Source of the DNA: a virus | Lineage: Duplodnaviria > Caudoviricetes | DNA: 64,000 nucleotides | Strand: one strand, 5' to 3' | IMG/VR virus record: IMGVR_UViG_640753059_000001 | The notes under the pieces: model-generated | What the model was told of the DNA's origin: nothing | The model's database searches: none | The model's input: the letters and a program-made list of their open reading frames with translations, nothing else | Shown: one piece after another, positions 19,900 to 29,339 of the stretch | Position numbering within the stretch: the first letter of the stretch is position 1 | Layout: every line of letters begins with the position of its first letter | Program-made: the position numbers and the translations under genes

Positions 19900-20562
19900 A
19901 TGGTCCGCTCAATCGATATCGTGCGCCGCATCGCGACGCGCGCTGTGCCCCCTTATGTCGAAGCGCTGGACAAGTACGCTGACGACCTGTTCGTTCAGTT
20001 CGATGTGACGACCGATCTTCGGCTTGCTCACTTCATGGCCCGGAGCCTATCGGAGACGGGCGGCTTCCGCGTGCTGGTGGAAAGCGCCGGTTACACGGCC
20101 AAGAACCTTGCGACCCAGTGGGACCGGGGCAACTGGCACCGCTATTTCAGCAGCAAGGCCGACCTTGTGGCTCTGGCAGGGCAGGGCGAAAAGCTCTTCA
20201 ACATCGTCTATGGCAATCGCATGGGCAATGGCGGCCCTGAGACTGGCGATGGCTTCCGGTATCGAGGGCGTGGCCCGCTCCAGACGACAGGGAAGGAGGC
20301 CTATGCCAAGTATGGCGAACGCATGGGCGTGGACCTCGTGAGTAACCCTGATGCGCTTCTGGATCCGCAGAACATTCTACTGCCATCCCTCTATGAGTGG
20401 TCCGATGGTAACCTCAACCGCTATGCCGACAGGGACAATGCCCTCGCCATCGGCCAGATCATCAATTTCGGGTCGCTCAAGGGCGACAAGGAGCCCAACG
20501 GCTACGACGATCAGATGGAGTGGCTGGGCTACGTCAAGCGCGCCATCAAGGCCCTGAGCTGA
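19900..20562 (+). CDS. Endolysin, glycoside hydrolase family 19
   Basis: 'ETGGF...YGNRMGN...GDGFRYRGRGPLQTTGK'. Confidence 0.9.
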   Translation: MVRSIDIVRRIATRAVPPYVEALDKYADDLFVQFDVTTDLRLAHFMARSLSETGGFRVLVESAGYTAKNLATQWDRGNWHRYFSSKADLVALAGQGEKLFNIVYGNRMGNGGPETGDGFRYRGRGPLQTTGKEAYAKYGERMGVDLVSNPDALLDPQNILLPSLYEWSDGNLNRYADRDNALAIGQIINFGSLKGDKEPNGYDDQMEWLGYVKRAIKALS

Positions 20563-20565
20563 TCG

Positions 20566-20910
20566 GTGGCCCGGAAAGTCCCGGAAGGGCCATCCTGGAA
20601 GGTCCGGCGCCGGATCATCGTCGCAACTCTGGTCTTCTGCGCTGGTGAAATCATCTACCTCACCGGGTGGGGGAAAGATCACGAGCTTTCCAGAACCATA
20701 GCGACTGGCGTTCTCTTGCTCGCCGGCTCGACCATCGGATCATACATCTTCGGCGCTGTGTGGGACAGCCGGAACGTGATGGTGAACCTCCCCCCGGAGG
20801 GTGCTGAAGAGCCCACGTCCTACGGGCCTTCTTATCGCAGGCGTGGCCCTCGCGGCTTCTCTCCCGGCGATGATGGGGACGACGGCCCGCCTCCACCTCG
20901 CGGCTCCTGA
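20566..20910 (+). CDS. Putative holin (2 TM)
   Basis: Two hydrophobic segments, charged tail, next to endolysin. Confidence 0.6.
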   Translation: MARKVPEGPSWKVRRRIIVATLVFCAGEIIYLTGWGKDHELSRTIATGVLLLAGSTIGSYIFGAVWDSRNVMVNLPPEGAEEPTSYGPSYRRRGPRGFSPGDDGDDGPPPPRGS

Positions 20911-20921
20911 AAGATCTGAAC

Positions 20922-21074
20922 ATGAAACAGACGCTCATCGTGGGCGCACTGGCGCTCGTCCTCTCAGGCTGCGCCACCAACGGCAACGGCCTCATTGGCT
21001 CCGGAGGCCATGTCTCCGGCTCCTACACCGTCTACGAGCCCGGCAAGGCGCCTATCGTCGTCCTCCTCAAGTGA
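20922..21074 (+). CDS. Small lipoprotein (50 aa)
   Basis: MKQTLIVGALALVLSGC lipobox; below ORF-track cutoff. Confidence 0.6.
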   Translation: MKQTLIVGALALVLSGCATNGNGLIGSGGHVSGSYTVYEPGKAPIVVLLK

Positions 21075-21077
21075 GGA

Positions 21078-21329
21078 TTACGCAAGGATCCCCGCCGCAC
21101 GGATGGTGAGCGCCATCTGGGTGCGCCTTGCCTTGAAATGTTCGCGGGTCATTTGAGTATCCGGCTGCCCGTCGAATTCCATCCTCAATTGATTCTCCAC
21201 TCCGGTGAGAATTATTGTCATTTTATTGAAAAGGTCTGGCTCGTCCTTCGCAATTTTCATGGCGAAATCGAAATAGATTTCTTCTCTTGGTTCAATGCGG
21301 GTAGTCGCCGTTGTTGGCATGTGAACCAT
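21078..21329 (-). CDS. Hypothetical moron protein
   Basis: AT-richer ORF on opposite strand, GGAG RBS. Confidence 0.5.
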   Translation of the reverse strand: MVHMPTTATTRIEPREEIYFDFAMKIAKDEPDLFNKMTIILTGVENQLRMEFDGQPDTQMTREHFKARRTQMALTIRAAGILA

Positions 21330-21464
21330 GACGCCGTCTCCTTCCGCTATTCGGGTCCCATCCTAGCGGCTGCCGAGGCCGATGTTAATCGCACTACCCG
21401 GTCCTCAGCATCTGATTGTCCCGGATATACCTCTCACTCCATCACCGTCAAATAGGAGGCCTCT

Positions 21465-21899
21465 GTGGGCTCTCTCATCGCGTCCTATGCCTCAGGGGCG
21501 GTCAACTGGCTGCTTGTGTTCCTGACGGGCTCTGCCTTGATCGTTGGCGTTGGAGGGATGATCTATTCACGCCTCCCAGTGCTGCCCTACCGGACTATTG
21601 TCGCGGCTGTCTCTGGCGTCCTCCTGTTCGTTGCGGGATGGACCGGGCATGCCGTGGATCAGCGGGGCAAGATGGAGCGCCAGGCCCTCCTTGAGGCTAA
21701 CCGCAAGCTGGTGGTGGAAATCACAGCCGAACGGCACAAGGCGGAATCGCTAGAGGCGGATCGAGCCACAGCCCAGCGGCAGGCGACCGAGGCCGAGGAC
21801 CGCGCACGCAAGGCCGAGGAAGTTGCCGTTTCCATCCCCGATTCCGGCGGGGTGTCGCAGCCCACATCCGACAAAATCCGCGATCTGTGGGGGAAGTGA
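21465..21899 (+). CDS. Putative i-spanin (Rz-like)
   Basis: N-terminal TM helices then coiled coil; GGAGG RBS. Confidence 0.6.
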   Translation: MGSLIASYASGAVNWLLVFLTGSALIVGVGGMIYSRLPVLPYRTIVAAVSGVLLFVAGWTGHAVDQRGKMERQALLEANRKLVVEITAERHKAESLEADRATAQRQATEAEDRARKAEEVAVSIPDSGGVSQPTSDKIRDLWGK

Positions 21900-21901
21900 C
21901 C

Positions 21902-22177
21902 ATGCGAGCGACCTACTTCGACGATATCACAGGGCCAGATGCCCCGGCGGGCGCGTTCAAATTCTATCAAGAGGGCGATAGGAAGGCCGCCGGGATGCTT
22001 TATGTGTGCCCTTGTGGGTGTGGAGCAACTGGCCGTCTACGCTTCCGCCCGGATACCTCAGGGAAACCGTCGTGGGAGTGGGATGGGAACCGCGACGCCC
22101 CGACCCTTAACCCAAGCGTCAATCATGTCGGGCACTGGCACGGCTGGCTCCGCAGCGGGGAGTGGGTGTCATGCTGA
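21902..22177 (+). CDS. DUF6527-like Cys/His protein
   Basis: 'CPCGCG...W.WDGN...PTLNPS...HWHGW'. Confidence 0.7.
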   Translation: MRATYFDDITGPDAPAGAFKFYQEGDRKAAGMLYVCPCGCGATGRLRFRPDTSGKPSWEWDGNRDAPTLNPSVNHVGHWHGWLRSGEWVSC

Positions 22178-22461
22178 TGCGCCTCGCCACCCCCATTCTC
22201 TTCGCACTGGCCCTCGCCGGCTGCGCCACGGGGCAGGCCCCACGAGTGCAGGTGTCCCTTCCTCCCGTCCCGGAGGATATCCGGGCCTGTGCCCAGCGCC
22301 ACGTTCCAAAGCCCTCAGGCGATAAGCCCCTTACCGAACGGGAAGTGTACGTGCTCATCTCCAAGCTCAAGGCCAGTGAGACGGCAAAATCAGGGTGCCT
22401 TGCCCGGTTGATCAGTCTCTATGAGGCTCAGGCCGCTATCGTTGTGGAGGCGCTTAAATGA
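22171..22461 (+). CDS. Putative o-spanin lipoprotein (Rz1-like)
   Basis: LAGC lipobox, Pro-rich. Confidence 0.65.
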   Translation: MLMRLATPILFALALAGCATGQAPRVQVSLPPVPEDIRACAQRHVPKPSGDKPLTEREVYVLISKLKASETAKSGCLARLISLYEAQAAIVVEALK

Positions 22462-22712
22462 GCCCGCCGGCCGGATACGCGGTCGAGCGCATCGACGACA
22501 CGAGAGACAAAGTCATCGCCCTTGAGGTGGAAGTGAAGCACCTCAACGACAAAATGGACAGCATGGTCTCCAAGTTGGACGAAATCCATGCCGCCTTCCA
22601 GCAGGCCAAGGGCGTTAAGCTGGCGATGCTCGTTGGCTTCACAATCTTCGGCGGCGCAATCGGGGCATTCATCACAAAGATGCTCGCCTATTTTGGCATT
22701 GTGATGAAGTAG
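22458..22712 (+). CDS. Coiled-coil protein with C-terminal TM
   Basis: Heptad N-terminus, hydrophobic C-terminus. Confidence 0.55.
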   Translation: MSPPAGYAVERIDDTRDKVIALEVEVKHLNDKMDSMVSKLDEIHAAFQQAKGVKLAMLVGFTIFGGAIGAFITKMLAYFGIVMK

Positions 22713-22762
22713 CTGCGGGCCGGATTCTACACACCATCCCTCCCATAATCTAGGGGCACCAT

Positions 22763-24022
22763 ATGGCGATGCCGCAGCCGTCAGACGACGAGCTTGCGCG
22801 CCTTGTCGCTGCGCTCGATGCAGCTCAGGGCGTTCTATCCCACGCAGCAAAAGCATTGGAGCTTCCGGACACCACGGCACGCAGATGGCGGGATATGGCG
22901 GCCCGTAGGGGGATGCTCGGCACCAAGCCCATCCTCCCCGGCTTTGAAATCTCCCGCGCCTCTGCCGAGCTTGACGAAGCCGGGAACGTGCATCGCCAGT
23001 GGGTGACGCAGAAGCCGGAAAGGGGCGGGCCTTTTACCCTTCCCGAAGGCCATGTGGTCAAGGGCGTGTCGGCGCTCATAGATGCTGATGGCAGGGTATC
23101 GGCACAGTGGGTGAAAACGCGAGAGGGCATCGAACCACTTGATGTTGTCGAAGCGCTCAAGGCCGGACTGGAAAGCTACTCTGGCCCCAAGAAGCCATCG
23201 GCAGCGCCTCGCGGCTGTAACGACGACCTCCTCACGCTCCTGCCCCTAGCCGACTGGCACCTGGGGCTCTACACATGGAGGCGAGAGGTCGGAGAAAACT
23301 GGGATCTGAATATAGCGGAACAGCTATATACCGAGACCATCGAAGACCTCATGTCGCGCACCCCTCGCGCGGGAACCGCCATTGTGCTTGGGGGTGGTGA
23401 TCTTGTCCACTCGGACAACTTCGACAACCGCACCGCGCGCTCTGGCAATTCGCTGGACGTGGACGGGCGATACCCCAAGGTTGTCGAGACGGCCGGCCGG
23501 ATGGTCGTGCGCACCGTAGACACCTGCCTCCGCACCCACGCCCATGTAGTGGTGCGCATCCTCCCCGGAAATCACGACGAACACACCTCTGTCGCCATCG
23601 CCTACTTCCTGAGCGCATGGTTTCGGCATGAGCCTCGCGTGACGGTGGACACAGACCCCTCCCTCTTTTTCTGGCACCGCTTCGGCAAGGTGTTCCTTGG
23701 GGCTACCCACGGCCACACCGTCAAGGCCCGGCAGATGCCGGCTATCATGGCGGCACGTCGTCCTGAAGATTGGGGCGCCTCCCGCTTCCGCCATATCCAT
23801 TGCTTCCACGTTCATCATACCGAGAAGCTGACAGACGAAGCCGGCGGGGCCACAGTCCATGTGCACCGCTCGCCAGCCCCTCAGGACGCATGGCACTTCG
23901 GTGCGGGGTTCGTCTCTGGCCGGTCCATGGAAACGACCACCTATCACCAGTCCAAGGGCGAGCATGGCAGCTCGTTTTCCCCGGTTCGCTCGCATGACGC
24001 GGGCGTGGATGTCCCCGCATAG
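22763..24022 (+). CDS. HTH plus calcineurin-like metallophosphoesterase
   Basis: DWH, GD, GNHD, HGH motifs. Confidence 0.85.
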   Translation: MAMPQPSDDELARLVAALDAAQGVLSHAAKALELPDTTARRWRDMAARRGMLGTKPILPGFEISRASAELDEAGNVHRQWVTQKPERGGPFTLPEGHVVKGVSALIDADGRVSAQWVKTREGIEPLDVVEALKAGLESYSGPKKPSAAPRGCNDDLLTLLPLADWHLGLYTWRREVGENWDLNIAEQLYTETIEDLMSRTPRAGTAIVLGGGDLVHSDNFDNRTARSGNSLDVDGRYPKVVETAGRMVVRTVDTCLRTHAHVVVRILPGNHDEHTSVAIAYFLSAWFRHEPRVTVDTDPSLFFWHRFGKVFLGATHGHTVKARQMPAIMAARRPEDWGASRFRHIHCFHVHHTEKLTDEAGGATVHVHRSPAPQDAWHFGAGFVSGRSMETTTYHQSKGEHGSSFSPVRSHDAGVDVPA

Positions 24023-24031
24023 GAGCGCGCC

Positions 24032-24259
24032 ATGGAAGACGACGATGATTTCGGGGCGGTACCGTGCGATGTCGTTTACGAGCGTGTGCAGGCGATTAGA
24101 AATATCGCCATGGATCTAGAGACGATCACAGACCGTAAGGCGCGCGATCTACTCTTGAGGGCGGGTGAATTGGCCCTCCAACACCTCACCCTTAAATCTG
24201 CCGTCCCTGTTGAACTCGTGGCGGAGGATGGTAGAATTGTGAGCAGGAGGCCGCTGTGA
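24032..24259 (+). CDS. Hypothetical protein
   Basis: AGGAG RBS; stop overlaps next start (GTGA). Confidence 0.55.
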   Translation: MEDDDDFGAVPCDVVYERVQAIRNIAMDLETITDRKARDLLLRAGELALQHLTLKSAVPVELVAEDGRIVSRRPL

Positions 24260-24618
24260 ACCTTGAAGAGCTTCGCGATATCGGTGGCATCACCTACGTC
24301 TCCGTGCCTTATACGGCTCATCTATACGGCCTGTCCGCCGCGGCCTACGATGCCGACCGGCACGCCGCCCACCTGATCAAGATGGGCTTCATCCCGTTCT
24401 CCCCCATCTCGCACTCCCACCCCATCGCCCGCGTCGGGGGCATCGACCCTCGCTCCCACGAAATCTGGATGGCGCAGAACGACGCTTTCATGGAAGCCTG
24501 CTCAGCCATGGTCGCAGTCCATATCCCAGGTTGGGAAGACAGCATTGGCATGAAAATGGAGCGGGAGGCGTTCGCCCGGATGGGGAAGCCTGTTGTGGAA
24601 ATGGAGATGCTGCCTTGA
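24256..24618 (+). CDS. DUF1937/nucleoside deoxyribosyltransferase-like protein
   Basis: 'YVSVPY...PFSPISHSH...GWEDSIGMKME'. Confidence 0.7.
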   Translation: MNLEELRDIGGITYVSVPYTAHLYGLSAAAYDADRHAAHLIKMGFIPFSPISHSHPIARVGGIDPRSHEIWMAQNDAFMEACSAMVAVHIPGWEDSIGMKMEREAFARMGKPVVEMEMLP

Positions 24619-24905
24619 GCGACGGGTACGAAACCCTGAAGGACATTCTTGACGCGGCCTATGCTCAGGCGTCCAAGGGAAAAGGCAAGGAACGCCACGC
24701 GAACGACAAGCCTTTCCACGATCAACCCATCATGCACATCGCCCGCAAGCGCGGCATCGGCTTCCCGCTAGGCCAAGCCGACAAGAAGTCGGAAGAGGCC
24801 CAAGGCATGCTGGAGCGCGGCCAGAAAGACGCCGCGATCCGGGAATTGCTCGGGAGCATCGTCTACCTCTCAGCGGCGATTTTGCTCATTCGGGAGAGGG
24901 AGTGA
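24615..24905 (+). CDS. Conserved phage hypothetical protein
   Basis: TTG start overlapping previous stop; 'GKGKERHANDKPF..QPI'. Confidence 0.6.
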   Translation: MSDGYETLKDILDAAYAQASKGKGKERHANDKPFHDQPIMHIARKRGIGFPLGQADKKSEEAQGMLERGQKDAAIRELLGSIVYLSAAILLIRERE

Positions 24906-24919
24906 CGGCTACATACTGC

Positions 24920-25261
24920 TCAGACTAGATTGTCTGTATAGAAGCGCTCGTGCAGCGCACCGCCCAATTCCATTCCTGGCTCAAACCAGTTTTCCCCCTC
25001 GGAGCGGCGGAACCCCTTGTCATCCGGGTGGGGGGCCAGCTTGAGCGTGATGGCAGGCATACCCGAGCCGCCGTCTAATAGGATCAAGATAGAATAGGCC
25101 ACGCCCTCGCACCTGTCCTTGATCGTAAGGACATCCCCTGTGGCGGGGTCAACATCCGGTAGCTTAGCCCAATAATTGGCGGCCCTCCGCACATGCGCCA
25201 GGATCATGTCCAGCACCTCTTCCTCGGTGTAGGCTCGCGGCCCGCTCATTCGGATCTCCAT
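24920..25261 (-). CDS. Hypothetical protein, last gene of leftward operon
   Basis: ORF flanked by 14-bp direct repeat. Confidence 0.6.
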   Translation of the reverse strand: MEIRMSGPRAYTEEEVLDMILAHVRRAANYWAKLPDVDPATGDVLTIKDRCEGVAYSILILLDGGSGMPAITLKLAPHPDDKGFRRSEGENWFEPGMELGGALHERFYTDNLV

Positions 25262-25278
25262 AAGCTAGATTGTCTGTA
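24925..25278. repeat. 14-bp direct repeat CTAGATTGTCTGTA (24925-24938, 25265-25278)
   Basis: Exact match 340 bp apart. Confidence 0.85.
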
Positions 25279-25441
25279 GCGGGATTAGCCTTCTGGCGAC
25301 AGAGCTGCCGCAAGCGCCCTGTCCGCCTTATCGGCCAAGTCCGGACGATCCTCATAGTGGTAGCGCCAAATCCAGTCCCGGCACTCTCTTAGCGCCTCAG
25401 CCAGACGCCTTTCGCTATCGGTTGTCATCGGGGCCGTCCTC

Positions 25442-25797
25442 TCAGGATGAGTGCTGCTTGCGGGCCATATCCCGCGCGTAGCGGATGTAGCGGTCTGAAA
25501 GCTCGGTCTGAGCGGCGACCTCTCGACTGCTGCCTGGCATCGCAATGATCTGGGCGACGCGGCCGGGGTCATAGCGCTGGCTCGCACGCCGCGCCTCATC
25601 AATGCGAGAGCTGCGGCCCTTCTCATCCATGTCGTTGACGTTCGCCTTCTGATCCCCAAGCCTAAGGTGGCGGGGGTTGCGTACGACAGTATGCTAGCGT
25701 ACACCACAAGGTCTCCCGACCCACAGAAGGGGCACCCCACCGGGTGTAGCCCGAGCATATTCGGCGATACATGACGTGATGTCAGAAAATATCTCAT
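25442..25797 (-). pseudogene. Degenerate HNH homing endonuclease with HTH tail
   Basis: 'NPRHLRLGDQKANVNDMDEKGR' in one frame preceded by TAG; N-terminal part in another frame. Confidence 0.6.
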
Positions 25798-25799
25798 TT

Positions 25800-26165
25800 T
25801 TACTTATCCAGTTCCATAATGCGGGCGCGGATGGCGGCCTCTATAAAGACCGTCGCGTCCGTGAATCCGGCCTCCCATCCGTCCTTGCATGTCGCGCTGG
25901 GGCCGCCGAAGTCAGGGGCTACGTGATAACGCTCCAAGTTGCTGCCCAAAATCGACTGCGCCTCCTTCAGCCCGGCGAGCATGCCGGCGCGGTGGGCCTC
26001 TGCACGGGCGATTTCAACAAGATCAGATCGGATATATTCGGTAGGCTCCCCATCCTCTTTATCGGCCGGCCAAACTTTATCCGAGCACCACATCCGCCCT
26101 TCCATGGCGTGGAATGCATCCTCTGCGTTTTGGAGCCAAATGCTCTTGTGATCTTCTGTGCTCAC
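25800..26165 (-). CDS. Hypothetical early protein
   Basis: Translationally coupled ORF in leftward operon. Confidence 0.6.
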   Translation of the reverse strand: MSTEDHKSIWLQNAEDAFHAMEGRMWCSDKVWPADKEDGEPTEYIRSDLVEIARAEAHRAGMLAGLKEAQSILGSNLERYHVAPDFGGPSATCKDGWEAGFTDATVFIEAAIRARIMELDK

Positions 26166-26416
26166 GGCTTCGGCCCCCCGATCCTCGCCATGATGGCGTT
26201 GGCCGCGTCAACACGGGAGCGGCAGTAGATTGAGACAAATGCTTCGCTCTTGCCGGCAAGAATTTCCGGGTCGATGCCGTTTGCGGCATCCGCCGCTTCT
26301 TCCAGCGCCTCGCGGCGAGCTTCTGCGTGAGCGCTGGCGATAGCTTTTTGCAACGCCTTGTTGTAGCTGCGAACTATGTCATCAACAGCCACATCTATCG
26401 GGTCCTTCTGGGTCAC
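26162..26416 (-). CDS. Hypothetical early protein
   Basis: GTGA-coupled ORF. Confidence 0.55.
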   Translation of the reverse strand: MTQKDPIDVAVDDIVRSYNKALQKAIASAHAEARREALEEAADAANGIDPEILAGKSEAFVSIYCRSRVDAANAIMARIGGPKP

Positions 26417-27072
26417 GGCTTCGGCTCCTGGTTCTTGAGGGCGGTGCGGGCAATCCCCTGCACGTTGAAAAACGCCCAGCCGACTGCGTATGAACCAGTT
26501 CTGCAACTGCTCTTCTCCGGGTGCTCTGCGATATCGTGCAGCGCCTCCCGCAGCCTCCCCACCTCTTCCCTGAGCGAGGCGTTCTCTCTCGCGATATGCA
26601 AGATATCGTCTTCGCGGCGCCCGATAAACTCTTCCAGTTGCCTGATTTCTCGCCGCGCTGCGTCCCGCTCACACATCATTTCTCCAATGCGCTCGGCGTA
26701 CTTCGTGATGCGCACCTCATGCTTATTCGTCAGATCTCTGACGTAGCTTGCGTGACCCTCTCCGTCCAAGCGGAACAGTTCGCGCTGCCGCTCGATCTCA
26801 GCGGCCCCGGTCTCCACCTGCCCAGTCAGGGCCGCGCATCGCTCTTCAAGGCGGGCGATGTGGACGGCATAGTGCGCGTGGATGGCGTCGAGCGTGGCGG
26901 TGCACATGCTGACGGCGCTGGATCCCCAACCCATTTCGTCGTCCACCTCTTCGTCCGGATCGTCGAATGCGGCGCAGAGCGTGATCGCGAGATTGTCGCC
27001 ATGCATCGCGTCGATCTGCACGCCAGCAAGGTTTGCCCGCAGCCGCGCCTTGATATCGTCAGTCTCGGTCAT
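26413..27072 (-). CDS. Coiled-coil hypothetical protein
   Basis: GGAGG RBS before MTETDD. Confidence 0.6.
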   Translation of the reverse strand: MTETDDIKARLRANLAGVQIDAMHGDNLAITLCAAFDDPDEEVDDEMGWGSSAVSMCTATLDAIHAHYAVHIARLEERCAALTGQVETGAAEIERQRELFRLDGEGHASYVRDLTNKHEVRITKYAERIGEMMCERDAARREIRQLEEFIGRREDDILHIARENASLREEVGRLREALHDIAEHPEKSSCRTGSYAVGWAFFNVQGIARTALKNQEPKP

Positions 27073-27355
27073 GGCTGGGGTCCTCCGTGGTCGTAAGGGG
27101 AATGTGCTCGAAACGACATGCACGTCCCCACGCTTCATCCGTCGAGAGCCCTCGCCACGCTTCGAACCGGCTCTCGCTACTGCAATTGCCGATGTTCGCG
27201 AGCAGGATGAAGGTGAGCGGTCCGAGATCAAGCCGCCACTCGCCGCCGTAAACGTCCGCATCGCGGCCGGCGCGCAGCTTCCACATGAGCGGCCAGAACT
27301 GGACGCCGATCCCGATTTCTCGGCAGTTCCGCCAATGCCAACGCGGTTCTCTCAT
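27059..27355 (-). CDS. Hypothetical protein
   Basis: ATG at 27355 after GAGG. Confidence 0.5.
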   Translation of the reverse strand: MREPRWHWRNCREIGIGVQFWPLMWKLRAGRDADVYGGEWRLDLGPLTFILLANIGNCSSESRFEAWRGLSTDEAWGRACRFEHIPLTTTEDPSHDRD

Positions 27356-27359
27356 CGCC

Positions 27360-27611
27360 TCAGCCCTCCCGCCCTTCGCGCTCGGCGAGGGCCGCGTACT
27401 TGGCTTGCCAGTCTGCTTCGGCCGTAGCCTTGGCGTGGTCGATGTTGTCGCACTGCACCCAGACGAACGGGTCATGTGCCCACCAGAGCAGCCCATCAGG
27501 CGCGATCGCGTAGATCCCGCCGATGCCATCAGCGAGCCATTCGGCATCATCGTGCCCGTAGTCCTGGCCGTCATCCTTCGGGCGGCGCCACGTGAGCGGT
27601 TTTGCTACCAT
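27360..27611 (-). CDS. Hypothetical protein
   Basis: GGAGG RBS; 'KPLTW...AKATAEAD'. Confidence 0.55.
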   Translation of the reverse strand: MVAKPLTWRRPKDDGQDYGHDDAEWLADGIGGIYAIAPDGLLWWAHDPFVWVQCDNIDHAKATAEADWQAKYAALAEREGREG

Positions 27612-27613
27612 CG

Positions 27614-29017
27614 TCACGCCTCCTCGCCGGGGAGAGGAAGGGCGCGCGCCCCATGATCTGCTCGGATTTGGGCAAGCAGAGCGGCATCTTCGTCCTGAAG
27701 GGACTCGCCCGTGCACTCGGCCAGCCAGTCGATTTGCGCAATGAGGATGCCGATATCGCGATCTAGCTCCGCCGCGCTCCGGGCCGCCGCAGGGGCGGTG
27801 GGTGGGGTGGCGAGGGTGGAGAGGATGCCGATCTCTTCCGCTTTCAGCAGCACCAGCCGGCGATGATCTGCCTCGGCCGCGTCTTTCGCGGTCATCGCAT
27901 CCGCATGGTCTGCGCCGCGTCCCGCAGCCTGATGATAGGCGACCCCGTTGCGATCGACGCCATAGGTGAAGAAGCCGACAGCAGAGCTTGCGGTGAAGAG
28001 GACATAATCGTCCGCGCTCTCGTCCATCCACTCCAGCGGCTTGACCACCACCTCGGCCTTCGCGGGCTCCGGGGGCGGGGCGGGGATCTTGAAGTCAGCT
28101 TCGATTTCCCGGAGCGCCTGCTTCGCGGCCACTGCCCCCGCATCACTGCCAACGCGGAATGCCATGGCGCGCTCGATACGGGCGACCATTTCATCGAGCG
28201 ACGGAGCACCGTTCGTGAAGCCGATGTGATGGTTTACGGCCTCGCCCTGGATGACCTCGACTTCGAGGCAGAAGTCGATTGCCGGATCGGGATGATGGCC
28301 GAAGCGGCCAAGCACTTCCCCGCTCTCGGCGGGAGGGGCGGCACGATAGAGCGGCGTTTGGAAATTTCCTTCCGGCGCCAGCCGGAAGGGGAGATAGGCG
28401 CTGGGCAACCCGGCGGCATTGTCGAGCTGGCTTGCACTGACGTAGATCGCCGGCGCCGCCACCGGCCACTCCTGCGGCATGGCGGAGCCGGTGGGCTTGG
28501 CGGCCTGCTTGGCGCGGATCTTCTCAACCTTCGTCCAGATACGCGCCAGCTCGGTCTCGCCCGCCTCGTGCATATCAACCCCATGGGCAAGGCAGTAGGC
28601 GGCGAGGGTCACCATGACGCCGCCAACTTCTTGCGACGGCTCTCCGGCCGGGCGGCTCCAGACGTAGCCGGTGAGGGCGCTGACGCGCTCGGCGGGGTAG
28701 CCACCAGATTGCAGAAGCTCCAGAACCTCTTCAAGCAGGCGGTCGCCACGCTCCAGCCTGTCGGCCGAAATCGCAGGGCCGAAGCACGCCTTCATCCAAG
28801 GATCAACGCGGGATTGAAAGCTTTCACCCGGCACCGCCGCCGGATCGCTATGCGCGCGGGCGCGCTCGTGGGCGAGGGCGGCTTGCCAGCCCTGCCACAT
28901 CCACTGCGTGTCGCTGTCGTCGTACATGCTGGTCTCGTCGTCCCACGTTCCTGGGGCGAGTCCGTCTTCGCGAGCTTCGGCCTCGAAGTCCTCGCGGTCC
29001 TGGTCACGCTGGGTCAT
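27614..29017 (-). CDS. Mosaic multidomain protein with MazG-like domain
   Basis: 'RLLEEVLELLQ...QEVGGVMVTLAAYC' plus other small phage domains. Confidence 0.65.
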   Translation of the reverse strand: MTQRDQDREDFEAEAREDGLAPGTWDDETSMYDDSDTQWMWQGWQAALAHERARAHSDPAAVPGESFQSRVDPWMKACFGPAISADRLERGDRLLEEVLELLQSGGYPAERVSALTGYVWSRPAGEPSQEVGGVMVTLAAYCLAHGVDMHEAGETELARIWTKVEKIRAKQAAKPTGSAMPQEWPVAAPAIYVSASQLDNAAGLPSAYLPFRLAPEGNFQTPLYRAAPPAESGEVLGRFGHHPDPAIDFCLEVEVIQGEAVNHHIGFTNGAPSLDEMVARIERAMAFRVGSDAGAVAAKQALREIEADFKIPAPPPEPAKAEVVVKPLEWMDESADDYVLFTASSAVGFFTYGVDRNGVAYHQAAGRGADHADAMTAKDAAEADHRRLVLLKAEEIGILSTLATPPTAPAAARSAAELDRDIGILIAQIDWLAECTGESLQDEDAALLAQIRADHGARALPLPGEEA

Positions 29018-29336
29018 TGTGCGGCTCCTCTGCGGCTGCGATTTCGTGGGAGAGCATGGCGCGGAATAGCTCGCGCGCGCCGGTCTCGCGGCCTTTGATA
29101 TTCCACGGCGGTCCACGGTCTTCGGTGTGCATGCAGTCAATGCCGCCGACTTCCAACACATATTCCCCGCCTGCCGTGGTCATGACGGATGTCGGCTCCA
29201 GCATCTCCTTCATCGCGGCGAGGGCTCTCTCTCTGAGGATGTCCTTCTGGAACCGAGAAAGTATCTTCCACGGTCTATTCCGTGGCGTCGCCTCATAGAT
29301 CGCCCGCGCGATCCGCTCCTGCATTTCGCTGGCCAT
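29004..29336 (-). CDS. Hypothetical protein
   Basis: 'ERIARAIYE...ALAAMKEM' common phage motif. Confidence 0.6.
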   Translation of the reverse strand: MASEMQERIARAIYEATPRNRPWKILSRFQKDILRERALAAMKEMLEPTSVMTTAGGEYVLEVGGIDCMHTEDRGPPWNIKGRETGARELFRAMLSHEIAAAEEPHNDPA

Positions 29337-29339
29337 CCC

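Noticed and set aside
24900-25300. Integrase/attP at the convergence
   Set aside because: No tyrosine or serine recombinase motifs in any ORF of the window
25285-25797. Lar-family protein (CPFCG) as one 170-aa ORF
   Set aside because: Second Cys pair absent; better explained as a frameshifted HNH remnant running into a small gene starting at 25428
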